Assembly (NCBI GenBank): GCA_039033955.1
Contig: JBCCBQ010000001.1
Location: forward strand, 120,190-152,189
Direction: 5' to 3'
DNA length: 32,000 nucleotides
From: Pseudomonadota bacterium
GTDB lineage: Bacteria > Pseudomonadota > Alphaproteobacteria > Caulobacterales > Hyphomonadaceae
Below, piece after piece: positions 17,791 to 25,255 of the stretch. Made by a program: the position numbers and the translations under genes. Position 1 is the first letter of the stretch, and each line of letters starts with the position of its first letter. A model generated the notes under the pieces. The model made no database searches, had not been told where the DNA came from, and saw nothing but the letters and a program-made list of their open reading frames with translations.

Positions 17791-18657
17791 ATGGCATCAC
17801 CAACTTATCGTGACCTCATACGGCGCGGAACGAAGCGATTGAATGATGCGGGCATAGAAGAAGCTGCCAGAGAGGCGCGTCTTCTTTTGGCTCTGGCCGC
17901 AGATTGCCAGACAGTCGACCTTATTGCCCGCGAGTATGATCGGCTTTCCGACGCGGCCATACTGACCCGCTTTGACGTTTTCCTTGAGCGTCGAGCGAGC
18001 CGAGAACCCTTTGCCCATATCGCCGGATATAAAAACTTCTTTGGACTGACATTGAAGTCGGATGCGCGAGCGCTGGTGCCGCGATCGGATTCTGAAATTG
18101 CAGTTGAGCGTGCACTCGATCTGCTGCCGCGGGGCAGGAGCGTTACGGTTGCAGATCTGGGCACCGGCTCCGGCTGCCTCCTTGCCGCGATATTGAACAA
18201 ACGTGGAGGTGTGCGAGGCATCGCGCTTGAAGCGCATGCGGACACTGCGGCTTTGGCCAGGGAGAACTTCAAACGTCTGGCTCTGATGGATCGTGTTGAG
18301 CTCGTGATTGGATCGTGGACGGACTGGCAGCATTGGGCGATGGCGGATCTTGTCATCTCAAATCCACCCTACATTCGATCAAGTGAGATTGCTGGCCTTG
18401 ATCCCGAAGTCAGAGACTATGACCCGCGAGTAGCTCTGGATGGTGGAGAGGATGGCCTCACGGCCTATCGCGAGATCATCTCGTTGGCTCGAAAGCACAT
18501 GCCGGAAGCAGCACCGCTCGTTCTAGAGATCGGGTTTGATCAGGCCGAAAGCGTATCCTCACTGCTCAACAGCTCCGATTTCACGGACATTTCAATTTTG
18601 AAGGACTTTTCCGGTCATGACAGGGTTGTGTCGGCTAGATCACCTTCTGCAAAATGA
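17791..18657 (+). CDS. prmC: Release factor glutamine N5-methyltransferase
   Basis: 288 aa, 14 nt after prfA. It has the SAM motif VADLGTGSG and the NPPY motif (VISNPPYI). Confidence 0.9.
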   Translation: MASPTYRDLIRRGTKRLNDAGIEEAAREARLLLALAADCQTVDLIAREYDRLSDAAILTRFDVFLERRASREPFAHIAGYKNFFGLTLKSDARALVPRSDSEIAVERALDLLPRGRSVTVADLGTGSGCLLAAILNKRGGVRGIALEAHADTAALARENFKRLALMDRVELVIGSWTDWQHWAMADLVISNPPYIRSSEIAGLDPEVRDYDPRVALDGGEDGLTAYREIISLARKHMPEAAPLVLEIGFDQAESVSSLLNSSDFTDISILKDFSGHDRVVSARSPSAK

Positions 18658-18867
18658 TAGAATTAGGTCTTGGCGAAGACGGTTGTCCGCGGTAGATAGC
18701 ACCCAGCAGTCGGCGTCCGTGGCCTCAGAAATCAGATTGGCCCAGCCGCACGCGCAACACCTTCGTTTAAATGTGTCTGCCCAGGAAAGAGCAGGACAAC
18801 TAGCTATTGCTGGCCACAAGATAAGTGCCATTCGTCCGAAGGGCGATAGAAACAGGGATCAAGACTC

Positions 18868-19533
18868 ATGAAGCGCCAACGTGGACGCGGTCGTCGATCA
18901 GGCGGCGGAAATAGCAACAATCCCAACCGTCACTTCGAGAGCAACGGACCGGACGTCAAGATCCGTGGATCCGCACAACAAATTCTCGATAAGTATCAGC
19001 AATACGCGCGGGACGCGCAGTCCTCTGGCGATCGGGTTAGCGCTGAAAACTATCTGCAGCATGCAGAGCATTACTCACGCGTTCTCGCTGCCATGCAGCC
19101 AAAAGACAAACCGCGAGACGAACAGCGTCAACAAGATCAAACGACTGACGCAGCGGAGAGCGGTGAAGCGTCGTCGGACACACAGAGCGCGCCGTCGCAA
19201 GAAGGATCGAGCGACGCCGACAACACTAAGCCGCAGCGCTCTCGTGGCCGCCGCCGGAAACGTGACGAGCAAGCTTCCGACGACGGAAACAGCGAAGCAG
19301 CGGCGGATGGCGCACCTGACAGTAATGCGGAAGCAGCAACCGAAGATGCACCGAAACCCCGGACGCGCCGCCCCCGGAAAAAAGCAGATGAAGCCGAAGC
19401 CGCAAATGCTGGTGAGCCAGATGACGGCGTGATGAAGACACTGTCACGTGGCCGGACCACGGAAGCTGCGGAGGCAACGGCTGACGAAGTGGTTGCAGAC
19501 GCAGATCCAGTGTCGGAAACGGCTGCGGAGTAA
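18868..19533 (+). CDS. DUF4167 domain protein (basic N-terminus, long acidic/Lys-Arg-rich disordered tail)
   Basis: 221 aa. RGRGRRSGGGNSNNPNRHFESNGPDVKIRGSAQQILDKYQQYARDA...AENYLQHAEHY matches the DUF4167 core, which is commonly found downstream of prmC in alphaproteobacteria. Confidence 0.8.
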   Translation: MKRQRGRGRRSGGGNSNNPNRHFESNGPDVKIRGSAQQILDKYQQYARDAQSSGDRVSAENYLQHAEHYSRVLAAMQPKDKPRDEQRQQDQTTDAAESGEASSDTQSAPSQEGSSDADNTKPQRSRGRRRKRDEQASDDGNSEAAADGAPDSNAEAATEDAPKPRTRRPRKKADEAEAANAGEPDDGVMKTLSRGRTTEAAEATADEVVADADPVSETAAE

Positions 19534-19581
19534 TGCTGGAATCAGCGATTGCTCGCTAGCCAGACATCGAAGAAGAGCATC

Positions 19582-19614
19582 AAAAAAGGGCGCTGATATT
19601 ATCGCGCCCTTTTC
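19582..19614. terminator. Bidirectional rho-independent terminator (DUF4167 gene / ctrA convergent pair)
   Basis: AAAAAA-GGGCGC-TGATATTATC-GCGCCC-TTTT. The stem is GGGCGC 19588-19593 paired with GCGCCC 19604-19609 (core 6 bp, extendable by flanking A-T pairs), and it is flanked by an A-run and a T-run. Confidence 0.65.
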
Positions 19615-19641
19615 TATCTGATATTCAGTTAGGTCAGCCGA

Positions 19642-20343
19642 CTAGGCAGCTTGCGCTTCTTTCTTCGGTTTAGGGTCACGAAGGACATACCCCCGACCCC
19701 AAACGGTTTCGATATGGTGTTCACCACCCGTGGCTTGAGCCAGCTTCTTGCGCAGCTTGCAGATAAACACGTCAATAATCTTGAGCTCTGGTTCGTCCAT
19801 GCCGCCATAGAGGTGGTTGAGAAACATCTCTTTGGTCAGTGTCGTACCCTTCCGAAGGGAAAGAAGCTCGAACATTTGATATTCTTTGCCGGTGAGGTGG
19901 ACGCGATCATTATCAACTTCGACCGTTTTGGCGTCGAGATTGACGAGAATATCGCCGGTTCGAATGACGCTTTCAGCGTGCCCTTTGGAGCGACGAACGA
20001 TTGCTGTAATCCGAGCGATCAACTCGTCTTTGTTAAAGGGTTTGGTGAGGTAGTCGTCAGCGCCGTAACCGAGCGTCTTAACTTTTGCTTCGATGTCCGG
20101 GTTACCGGAGAGGATCAGGACGGGTGTATTGATCCTTGCCATCCGGAGCTGCTTCAGCACGTCATATCCCGAGATATCCGGCAAGGACAGATCGAGGATA
20201 ATGATGTCGTACTCGTAGACTTTACCGAGATCGACACCCTCTTCACCGAGATCCGTGGTGTAGATGTTGAAACCGGCAGCCTTCAGCATCAGTTCTATAC
20301 TGCGGGCGACGGCGGTATCGTCTTCAATCAGAAGGACGCGCAT
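19642..20343 (-). CDS. ctrA: Cell-cycle response regulator CtrA (OmpR family)
   Basis: 233 aa and nearly collinear with Caulobacter CtrA as I recall it. It reads MRVLLIEDD...[20 protein letters not shown]...LDL.LPD.SG.DVL..LR.A.INTP..ILSG...[53 protein letters not shown]...[16 protein letters not shown]. Confidence 0.9.
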   Translation of the reverse strand: MRVLLIEDDTAVARSIELMLKAAGFNIYTTDLGEEGVDLGKVYEYDIIILDLSLPDISGYDVLKQLRMARINTPVLILSGNPDIEAKVKTLGYGADDYLTKPFNKDELIARITAIVRRSKGHAESVIRTGDILVNLDAKTVEVDNDRVHLTGKEYQMFELLSLRKGTTLTKEMFLNHLYGGMDEPELKIIDVFICKLRKKLAQATGGEHHIETVWGRGYVLRDPKPKKEAQAA

Positions 20344-20378
20344 GTTCCTCTCCCAATCATTGCCTTTGTGGCATGCTG

Positions 20379-20386
20379 TTAACCAT
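20379..20386 (+). promoter_or_regulatory. Exact TTAACCAT (CtrA 8-mer-type motif) within a cluster of four TTAA elements upstream of ctrA
   Basis: TTAACCAT is at 20379-20386, 36-43 bp upstream of the ctrA ATG. Further TTAA elements lie at 20394-97, 20409-12 and 20419-22. Whether CtrA binds here is inferred only. Confidence 0.35.
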
Positions 20387-20536
20387 CCAAACGTTAAGAG
20401 ACCACACTTTAAGAAAGGTTAACGGCAGTACCAATTCGTAAATACGCACTCACACCATAACGTTGGACGTCCGTGAGAGAGAGTTGATTTGTTCCAGAGA
20501 TCAAGTTCCGATGTTATAGTAATAACAGGTTTGGCC

Positions 20537-22657
20537 ATGAGGATACTGACGATATCACCTCTACAAATCGCTGCTATCATTGGAGCGATGCTCGCTTGGG
20601 CGAGCATTGGAGCAGTGGCCGAAGACCTGAATCGAGCTGATAGCTTTACCCAGGATAGCTCTCTGAATGCGACCGCCATGAGGGGTATCGACCAAGACGG
20701 GGTTGACTTCGCCACTGATCCTGGAGCCGACTTTTACCGATACGCAAATGGCCGTTGGCATGACACCGCCAGGATCGAAGATGGTGATTGGCAGGCGGGA
20801 ACCTCCCAATCCGTTCGAAACCGCGTTGAGCGCCGGACCTCTGAAATTGTCCGCGAGTTGCGCCGCGACCGGTGGCCAGGGAGCAGCAACGAAGGGAAGT
20901 TTCTGACGATTTACAACAACTACAACAATCGGGAGGCAAGACGTCAGGCGGGGCTGCGCCCTATCAGGCCGTTTATAGAGTTGATTGGCCGGGCAGAGAC
21001 CCATGATGATGTGGCGTCCCTCTTGGGAAGTTACAATCTGGATGCAGGTGGGCTTTTCAAGGTCGCGCTTCGCCTCGATCCCATCCAAGGGGCTGGCTAT
21101 GTCGCATCGATAGAACCCGCTGACCTGCTTTTGCAGTCTCAGGCGCTGTATCTCCGGCAAGACAGTCTGGCGATTGATCAACGCAACGAGTCCCGAAGGC
21201 TGCTCGCCCGGTTACTTCGCCGAGTGGGACGCAATTCCCGAGCAGAAAGTCGGGTCGATGCGGTCTTTGAACTTGAGCACCGCCTTGCTGAGCTTTATCC
21301 AGAGCCTGTCGCTGCCCGACAACCTATAATCGCGGAAAATGTGTTCGGTATCGCGTCGCTCGAAACAACCTTCCCGGAATTCCCGTGGCGGCGTTTTCTC
21401 GCAGCCAGAGGTGTCGTCAAAGATACCATTATTCAAGTTCCGCCACGCGATCAGATTCCAGAACTCATCGCTCTATTTCACGCCACTCCGGTAAGTGTAT
21501 GGCGAGACTACATGACCCTTCGACTTATCCTGTCGTATGGCAGTTATCTGGACGAGGGGACTGACCGTCTGGTTGCAGAGTTCGATGCCGCACGCAGCGG
21601 CATTGCATATACGCCGCTGAAGCGACGTGAACGTGCGTGGAGGGTCGCGGCAGACATTTTGCCGGACCCAATTGGTCGAGCCTATGTGGAGCAATACCTG
21701 ACGGACACGACCGTTGTCGAAGTGCACAAAATCGTGGACTGGACCCTGCTTGCTTATCGCGAGCGCATCGAAGCGGCAGATTGGCTGGAGGCTGAAACTC
21801 GCCGACGCGCCATCGAAAAACTGGACGCCATCACAGTGGTCGTGGGTGAACCGCCCGGCTGGAACAATTTCGATTTTTTCACCCCAATAAGAGGAAGTCT
21901 GTTTTCCAACGCCTATTCCCGCCAGCAATTGCGTCATAGATCGGCTTTGGCGCGATTGCTGTCATCTACGGAGGATGAAGAAGATCCGTCGACACCGTCG
22001 AAGAACCCACTTGATGATATCTTCTTCTCACCAATCAGCGTGGGCGCTTACTACTTACCCACGCTGAATTCCATTGTTGTTCCAGCGGCATACCTTCAGG
22101 CCCCATACTATGATCCGTCCGCAAGCTTGGCGGTTAACTTCGGTGCGCTCGGCACCACGATCGGACACGAACTGGGCCATGCGTTCGATGACCAGGGGGC
22201 GAGGCGTGGCCCAGACGGCCAAATCACAGACTGGTGGAGTGCTAAGGATAACGAACAGTTTGTTGCCAAGGGGGACAAGCTGTCTCGGCACCTGTCAGCA
22301 TTTGAGGCGGCACCTGGAATTCCGTTGAACACAGCACTGACGCTTGGAGAGAACCTCAGTGATCTGGTTGGCGTTGAAATCGCATTCCGCGCCATGGAGT
22401 TAGCCCATCACGCGGGTGGGGGAGAAGGGGTAGCCAAAGAAGATGCCCAGGCGTTTTTCATAAGCTATGCTCAGAAAAGAAGGGCGAAACGGCTACCGAC
22501 GATCGAAATCGATTTCGCCTATTCCAATTTGCACAGTCCGCCATCGGTGCGCGTAAACGGCATCCTTCCGCACGTTGATCAATGGTACTCAGCTTTCGAT
22601 GTGTCTGAAGATGACCCCCTATGGGTCGCACCCGAAGATAGGGTCCGCATTTGGTAG
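20537..22657 (+). CDS. M13 family zinc metallopeptidase, secreted (second paralogue)
   Basis: The start was chosen at ATG 20537, giving MRILTISPLQIAAIIGAMLAWASIGAVA, a signal peptide. Zinc motif TIGHELGHAFDD, GENLSDLVG, and C-terminal ...RIW. It is clearly diverged from the 11494-13581 copy. Confidence 0.9.
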   Translation: MRILTISPLQIAAIIGAMLAWASIGAVAEDLNRADSFTQDSSLNATAMRGIDQDGVDFATDPGADFYRYANGRWHDTARIEDGDWQAGTSQSVRNRVERRTSEIVRELRRDRWPGSSNEGKFLTIYNNYNNREARRQAGLRPIRPFIELIGRAETHDDVASLLGSYNLDAGGLFKVALRLDPIQGAGYVASIEPADLLLQSQALYLRQDSLAIDQRNESRRLLARLLRRVGRNSRAESRVDAVFELEHRLAELYPEPVAARQPIIAENVFGIASLETTFPEFPWRRFLAARGVVKDTIIQVPPRDQIPELIALFHATPVSVWRDYMTLRLILSYGSYLDEGTDRLVAEFDAARSGIAYTPLKRRERAWRVAADILPDPIGRAYVEQYLTDTTVVEVHKIVDWTLLAYRERIEAADWLEAETRRRAIEKLDAITVVVGEPPGWNNFDFFTPIRGSLFSNAYSRQQLRHRSALARLLSSTEDEEDPSTPSKNPLDDIFFSPISVGAYYLPTLNSIVVPAAYLQAPYYDPSASLAVNFGALGTTIGHELGHAFDDQGARRGPDGQITDWWSAKDNEQFVAKGDKLSRHLSAFEAAPGIPLNTALTLGENLSDLVGVEIAFRAMELAHHAGGGEGVAKEDAQAFFISYAQKRRAKRLPTIEIDFAYSNLHSPPSVRVNGILPHVDQWYSAFDVSEDDPLWVAPEDRVRIW

Positions 22658-22661
22658 GGCT

Positions 22662-22946
22662 CTAGATCCTTGCCGGTTCGTCAATGATCTCAGTGAGGGT
22701 CACCCCAAGCTCCCCATCTGCAATAACCAGTTTCCCTCGAGCCATCAGCCGGTCGGAAACGTAGATATCAACAGGCTCGTTTGCTCGCCGCTCCAGCGCA
22801 ACAATGTCACCTGAGGCCATGTTTTGAAGGTCTTCAATTGGCATGCGTGCCTCGCCGAGTACCACGTCGACCTGAACGGGCACGTCCATCAGTCTTTGAG
22901 CAAGGGCAGGATTTTCAGCAGAACTCATGGCGAATAAGTTTGGCAA
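22662..22946 (-). CDS. fliN: Flagellar motor switch protein FliN (SpoA domain)
   Basis: 88-94 aa (TTG 22946 or ATG 22928). It reads VPVQVDVVLGEARMPIEDLQNMASGDIVALERRANEPVDIYVSDRLMARGKLVIADGELGVTLTEI, the canonical FliN C-terminal domain. Confidence 0.85.
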   Translation of the reverse strand: MPNLFAMSSAENPALAQRLMDVPVQVDVVLGEARMPIEDLQNMASGDIVALERRANEPVDIYVSDRLMARGKLVIADGELGVTLTEIIDEPARI

Positions 22947-22953
22947 GAAAGTG

Positions 22954-23346
22954 TTAACGATCTGTCGATGCAGCCGATGGATCGAACAGATCCCCCTGGC
23001 CGTCGACGATGAGCTGGCATGCAGAAGCCATAAGCGCCCGAGCGCGACTGCGGTCTTCCTCTTCCATTTTTATCCGATCGAGATGGTCGGCGAGCTCCAA
23101 AAGATGTTTCAGCGCCGCTTTTAGTTCGATAGCCGTTTTTTCTAATCTTTCCAGGGTTTTGGCGTTTTGGTGCGTATGCTCCTGGATCATCTCGACGCGA
23201 GCGTTTTCCAGAAGTCGGGACAGGTCTTGAGCCGTCAAAGATATCACACCACTCGCATCGCCCTGAGGTGCGCTCTCAAAATCCAAAGCACCGAACTTAG
23301 GAGAGAACGTGAAAGCCCGAATGGATTGGACGGTCCGGCGTGTCAC
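22954..23346 (-). CDS. Hypothetical coiled-coil protein in the flbE/fliH position of the operon
   Basis: 130 aa. Its GTG start overlaps the fliG stop (GTGA). The N-terminus is AFTFSPKFGALDF and a long helical, charged segment follows (LSRLLENARVEM...LERLEKTAIELKAALKHLLELADHLDRIKMEEEDR). The assignment is positional only. Confidence 0.4.
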   Translation of the reverse strand: MTRRTVQSIRAFTFSPKFGALDFESAPQGDASGVISLTAQDLSRLLENARVEMIQEHTHQNAKTLERLEKTAIELKAALKHLLELADHLDRIKMEEEDRSRARALMASACQLIVDGQGDLFDPSAASTDR

Positions 23347-24263
23347 TCAACAATGTCCTCTGCTCCTGACGAACCGGGCAGAATGTCTCCACTAGCAATG
23401 AGAGCTCTGGCAAGTCGCGTCATATCTGCTCTCGCCGCATCGACCGTTCTTTCGTCAATCTCTCCAAGCACGGCGATCTCCTCTTTGAGAACGTCGCGTG
23501 CGCGGTTGGTCATGTTTTTGTAGATGGTGGTTGATACCGGATTGTCCGTTCCGACCATCGCTATCATGAGGGTCTTACGCTCTAACCTTGAGAGGAGAGT
23601 CTGAATGCCGGCAGGGGGAAGTTTCGCAAGGTCCTCAAACCCAAACATCAGTGTTTGAATTCTGCGGCCTGCTTCGGGCTCCGCCGTCTGCAGCGCGGCC
23701 AAGAGCGTCTTGCTCGCGTCGGGGTCTAATTCATCGAAGATCCGCGCAAGATTATTTTCCTGCAGCTCTGTATGGCCATCTAGACGTCGGACACGGTCTT
23801 CCAATGCCTGCTCGATGGCGTCCATCGCTTCCACATGAGGTGGATTCATATGAAGCATTCTCTGAAGAACATCGATGGCAACAAGTGATGGTAGGTGCCG
23901 TACGATTTCAGCTGATTGCGTTGGTGGAAGCCGGCCAAGAACAAGGGCCACCAATTGTGGATGTTCATCGCTGAGCACCGACAACACCTTATCCCGCGAC
24001 ACAGACCCCAGTTTCTCCCAAACCGATGACGCTGGTTTTACACGCGCGGTCGGGTTCAATTCGCTTAATAGAGCACTGGCAGCGCGTTCCTCATCCGCAG
24101 CGTCCTCCGGCAGTGTGTCGAGTACATCACTGATCTGTTTAGCATATTCTGGCGGCAGTTCGGCCCAGACCTCGGCTGCGCGGGGTCCGAGAGCACGAAG
24201 GAGGCGTGCTGAACGGAGTATGCCATCAGCCGTCGCTTTCGTGCTGGGCGCGGGCAGTGCCAT
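23343..24263 (-). CDS. fliG: Flagellar motor switch protein FliG (short, 306 aa)
   Basis: EHPQ motif (LSDEHPQLVALVL), MFxF motif (LMFGFEDLAKL), and the C-terminal pattern YKNMTNRARDVLKEEI...AARADMTRLARALIASGDI, as in the FliG torque domain. The start ATG overlaps the upstream stop (TGATG). Confidence 0.85.
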   Translation of the reverse strand: MALPAPSTKATADGILRSARLLRALGPRAAEVWAELPPEYAKQISDVLDTLPEDAADEERAASALLSELNPTARVKPASSVWEKLGSVSRDKVLSVLSDEHPQLVALVLGRLPPTQSAEIVRHLPSLVAIDVLQRMLHMNPPHVEAMDAIEQALEDRVRRLDGHTELQENNLARIFDELDPDASKTLLAALQTAEPEAGRRIQTLMFGFEDLAKLPPAGIQTLLSRLERKTLMIAMVGTDNPVSTTIYKNMTNRARDVLKEEIAVLGEIDERTVDAARADMTRLARALIASGDILPGSSGAEDIVE

Positions 24264-24910
24264 CAGCGATTGTCCTCATCACGTAGCCAGCCGGTGATAA
24301 TCTCGGCCGTGCGAGCGGGTTGATGCTCGGCGAACTCAGCGGCCTTATCGAGGGAAGATGCCGCCTTTGCAAGCGTCGTTGGCGGTGTGTGGGGGCGAGA
24401 AATGACATCGTTTGCAGGAACTGGATCAGCAACCGGTGCAACGAGCCTACGCCTCTGAACCGCTACGAAGAGAAGCCCTGACAACACAGATATTGCAAAA
24501 AGTGTCAGACATTCGGCGAAGAACAAAAATCCCGCTGCTCCGATCGAGCGCGGAGTGAAGTTCGCTTCCGTCACTGAAACGGCTCTACCTGGGGCCATGG
24601 ATTGGATGATGGCTGTAATCTGCTTGGCGTCGCTTGCCGTTTCAGCCGTCTGTCGATCTGAGTTTAGCAGAACAACGATATCGCCGGTTCCAGTGTCACC
24701 AATGCGTACATTGCCCTCTCCAACGAGGGTTTCCGCAAGCGATATGTAGGGGGAATTTGTTTTGGACGCACTCGGGCTTGGGTCTCCTGCGACCACCCGA
24801 AGCACGAGTGCAACGACCGACAGGACAAAAAGGATGCCCGTGATCCACGCCAGGGTTCCTTCGGTTCGTTCAAGACTTGAAGGCACGGCAAAACTCCCAG
24901 CAACGGCCAA
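24263..24910 (-). CDS. Miniature FliF-like membrane protein (TM1, single RBM-like periplasmic domain, TM2, FliG-binding-like C-terminal tail)
   Basis: The longest ORF is 215 aa with a TTG start at 24910. The more likely start is GTG 24886, which sits behind GGGAG with a 7-nt spacer and gives 207 aa. It occupies the fliF slot directly upstream of fliG. The TM segments are LAWITGILFVLSVVALVLRVV and IGAAGFLFFAECLTLFAISVLSGLLFVAV. The periplasmic part LAETL..GNVRI..DIVVLLNSD..DAKQITAIIQSMAPG..VSVTE resembles the YscJ/FliF ring-building motif. The tail ...HQPARTAEIITGWLRDEDNR resembles the FliF C-terminus. Confidence 0.55.
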   Translation of the reverse strand: MAVAGSFAVPSSLERTEGTLAWITGILFVLSVVALVLRVVAGDPSPSASKTNSPYISLAETLVGEGNVRIGDTGTGDIVVLLNSDRQTAETASDAKQITAIIQSMAPGRAVSVTEANFTPRSIGAAGFLFFAECLTLFAISVLSGLLFVAVQRRRLVAPVADPVPANDVISRPHTPPTTLAKAASSLDKAAEFAEHQPARTAEIITGWLRDEDNR

Positions 24911-24945
24911 ACAGGACCGCGGCTTTGGAGTTTACGTGCGTCGTC

Positions 24946-24962
24946 GTAAACGGCGCTTTAAC
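24946..24962 (-). promoter_or_regulatory. Near-consensus CtrA box (TTAA-N7-TTTAC on the gene strand) upstream of the fliF-like operon
   Basis: The minus strand reads G-TTAA(24961-24958)-AGCGCCG-TTTA(24950-24947)-C, an 8/9 match to TTAA-N7-TTAAC. It lies in the 69-bp sciP/fliF-like spacer, 36 bp (TTG start) or 60 bp (GTG start) upstream of the coding start. Confidence 0.3.
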
Positions 24963-24979
24963 CGAAGGCAGATCGCCGT

Positions 24980-25255
24980 CTAGATGCGGCGATACTGCTG
25001 TATACGGGTCGCGCGAAGGCCTTTGGCACCGTGACTTGTGTAAAGACGGACCCAGCCGGAGAATTCTTCATCCGACAGCCCATAGCGTTCACACGCATCT
25101 TCCTGGGAGAGGAGACCTCCCCTTACAGCCGCGACGACTTCTGCCTTGCGGCGTGTCACCCAGCGTTTGGTGCCAGGTGCCGGAAGGTCTTCGAGTGTCA
25201 AAGGACGCCCATTTGGCCCCGAAACACTCACTACGAAAGCATTCTGCTCACTCAT
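24980..25255 (-). CDS. sciP: SciP-like small transcriptional regulator (DUF1153)
   Basis: 91 aa from ATG 25255, behind a GAGGTGG Shine-Dalgarno; the longest ORF starts at GTG 25264. PLTLEDLP..TKRWVTRRKAEVVAAVRGGLLSQEDACERYGLS.EEF..W.....HG..GLRATRIQQYR closely follows the Caulobacter SciP/DUF1153 pattern as I recall it. Confidence 0.8.
   Translation of the reverse strand: MSEQNAFVVSVSGPNGRPLTLEDLPAPGTKRWVTRRKAEVVAAVRGGLLSQEDACERYGLSDEEFSGWVRLYTSHGAKGLRATRIQQYRRI

Noticed and set aside
17797-18356. 178- and 183-aa minus-strand ORFs
   Set aside because: They are antisense to prmC, which has NPPY and SAM motifs. They are Arg/Ser-rich shadows.
18658-18867. 210-bp ORF-free spacer between prmC and the DUF4167 gene, considered as a possible sRNA or leader
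   Set aside because: I could find only 4-bp stems and no terminator or conserved-looking element. It cannot be supported from sequence alone.
19651-20382. 243-aa plus-strand ORF
   Set aside because: It is antisense to ctrA over its full length. CtrA identity is unambiguous, and this ORF has no start context or motifs.
20379-20422. Possible full CtrA boxes (TTAA-N7-TTAA) among the four TTAA elements upstream of ctrA
   Set aside because: The gaps between the elements are 11, 11 and 6 nt, so none fits N7. Only the TTAACCAT 8-mer is retained, as a weak candidate.
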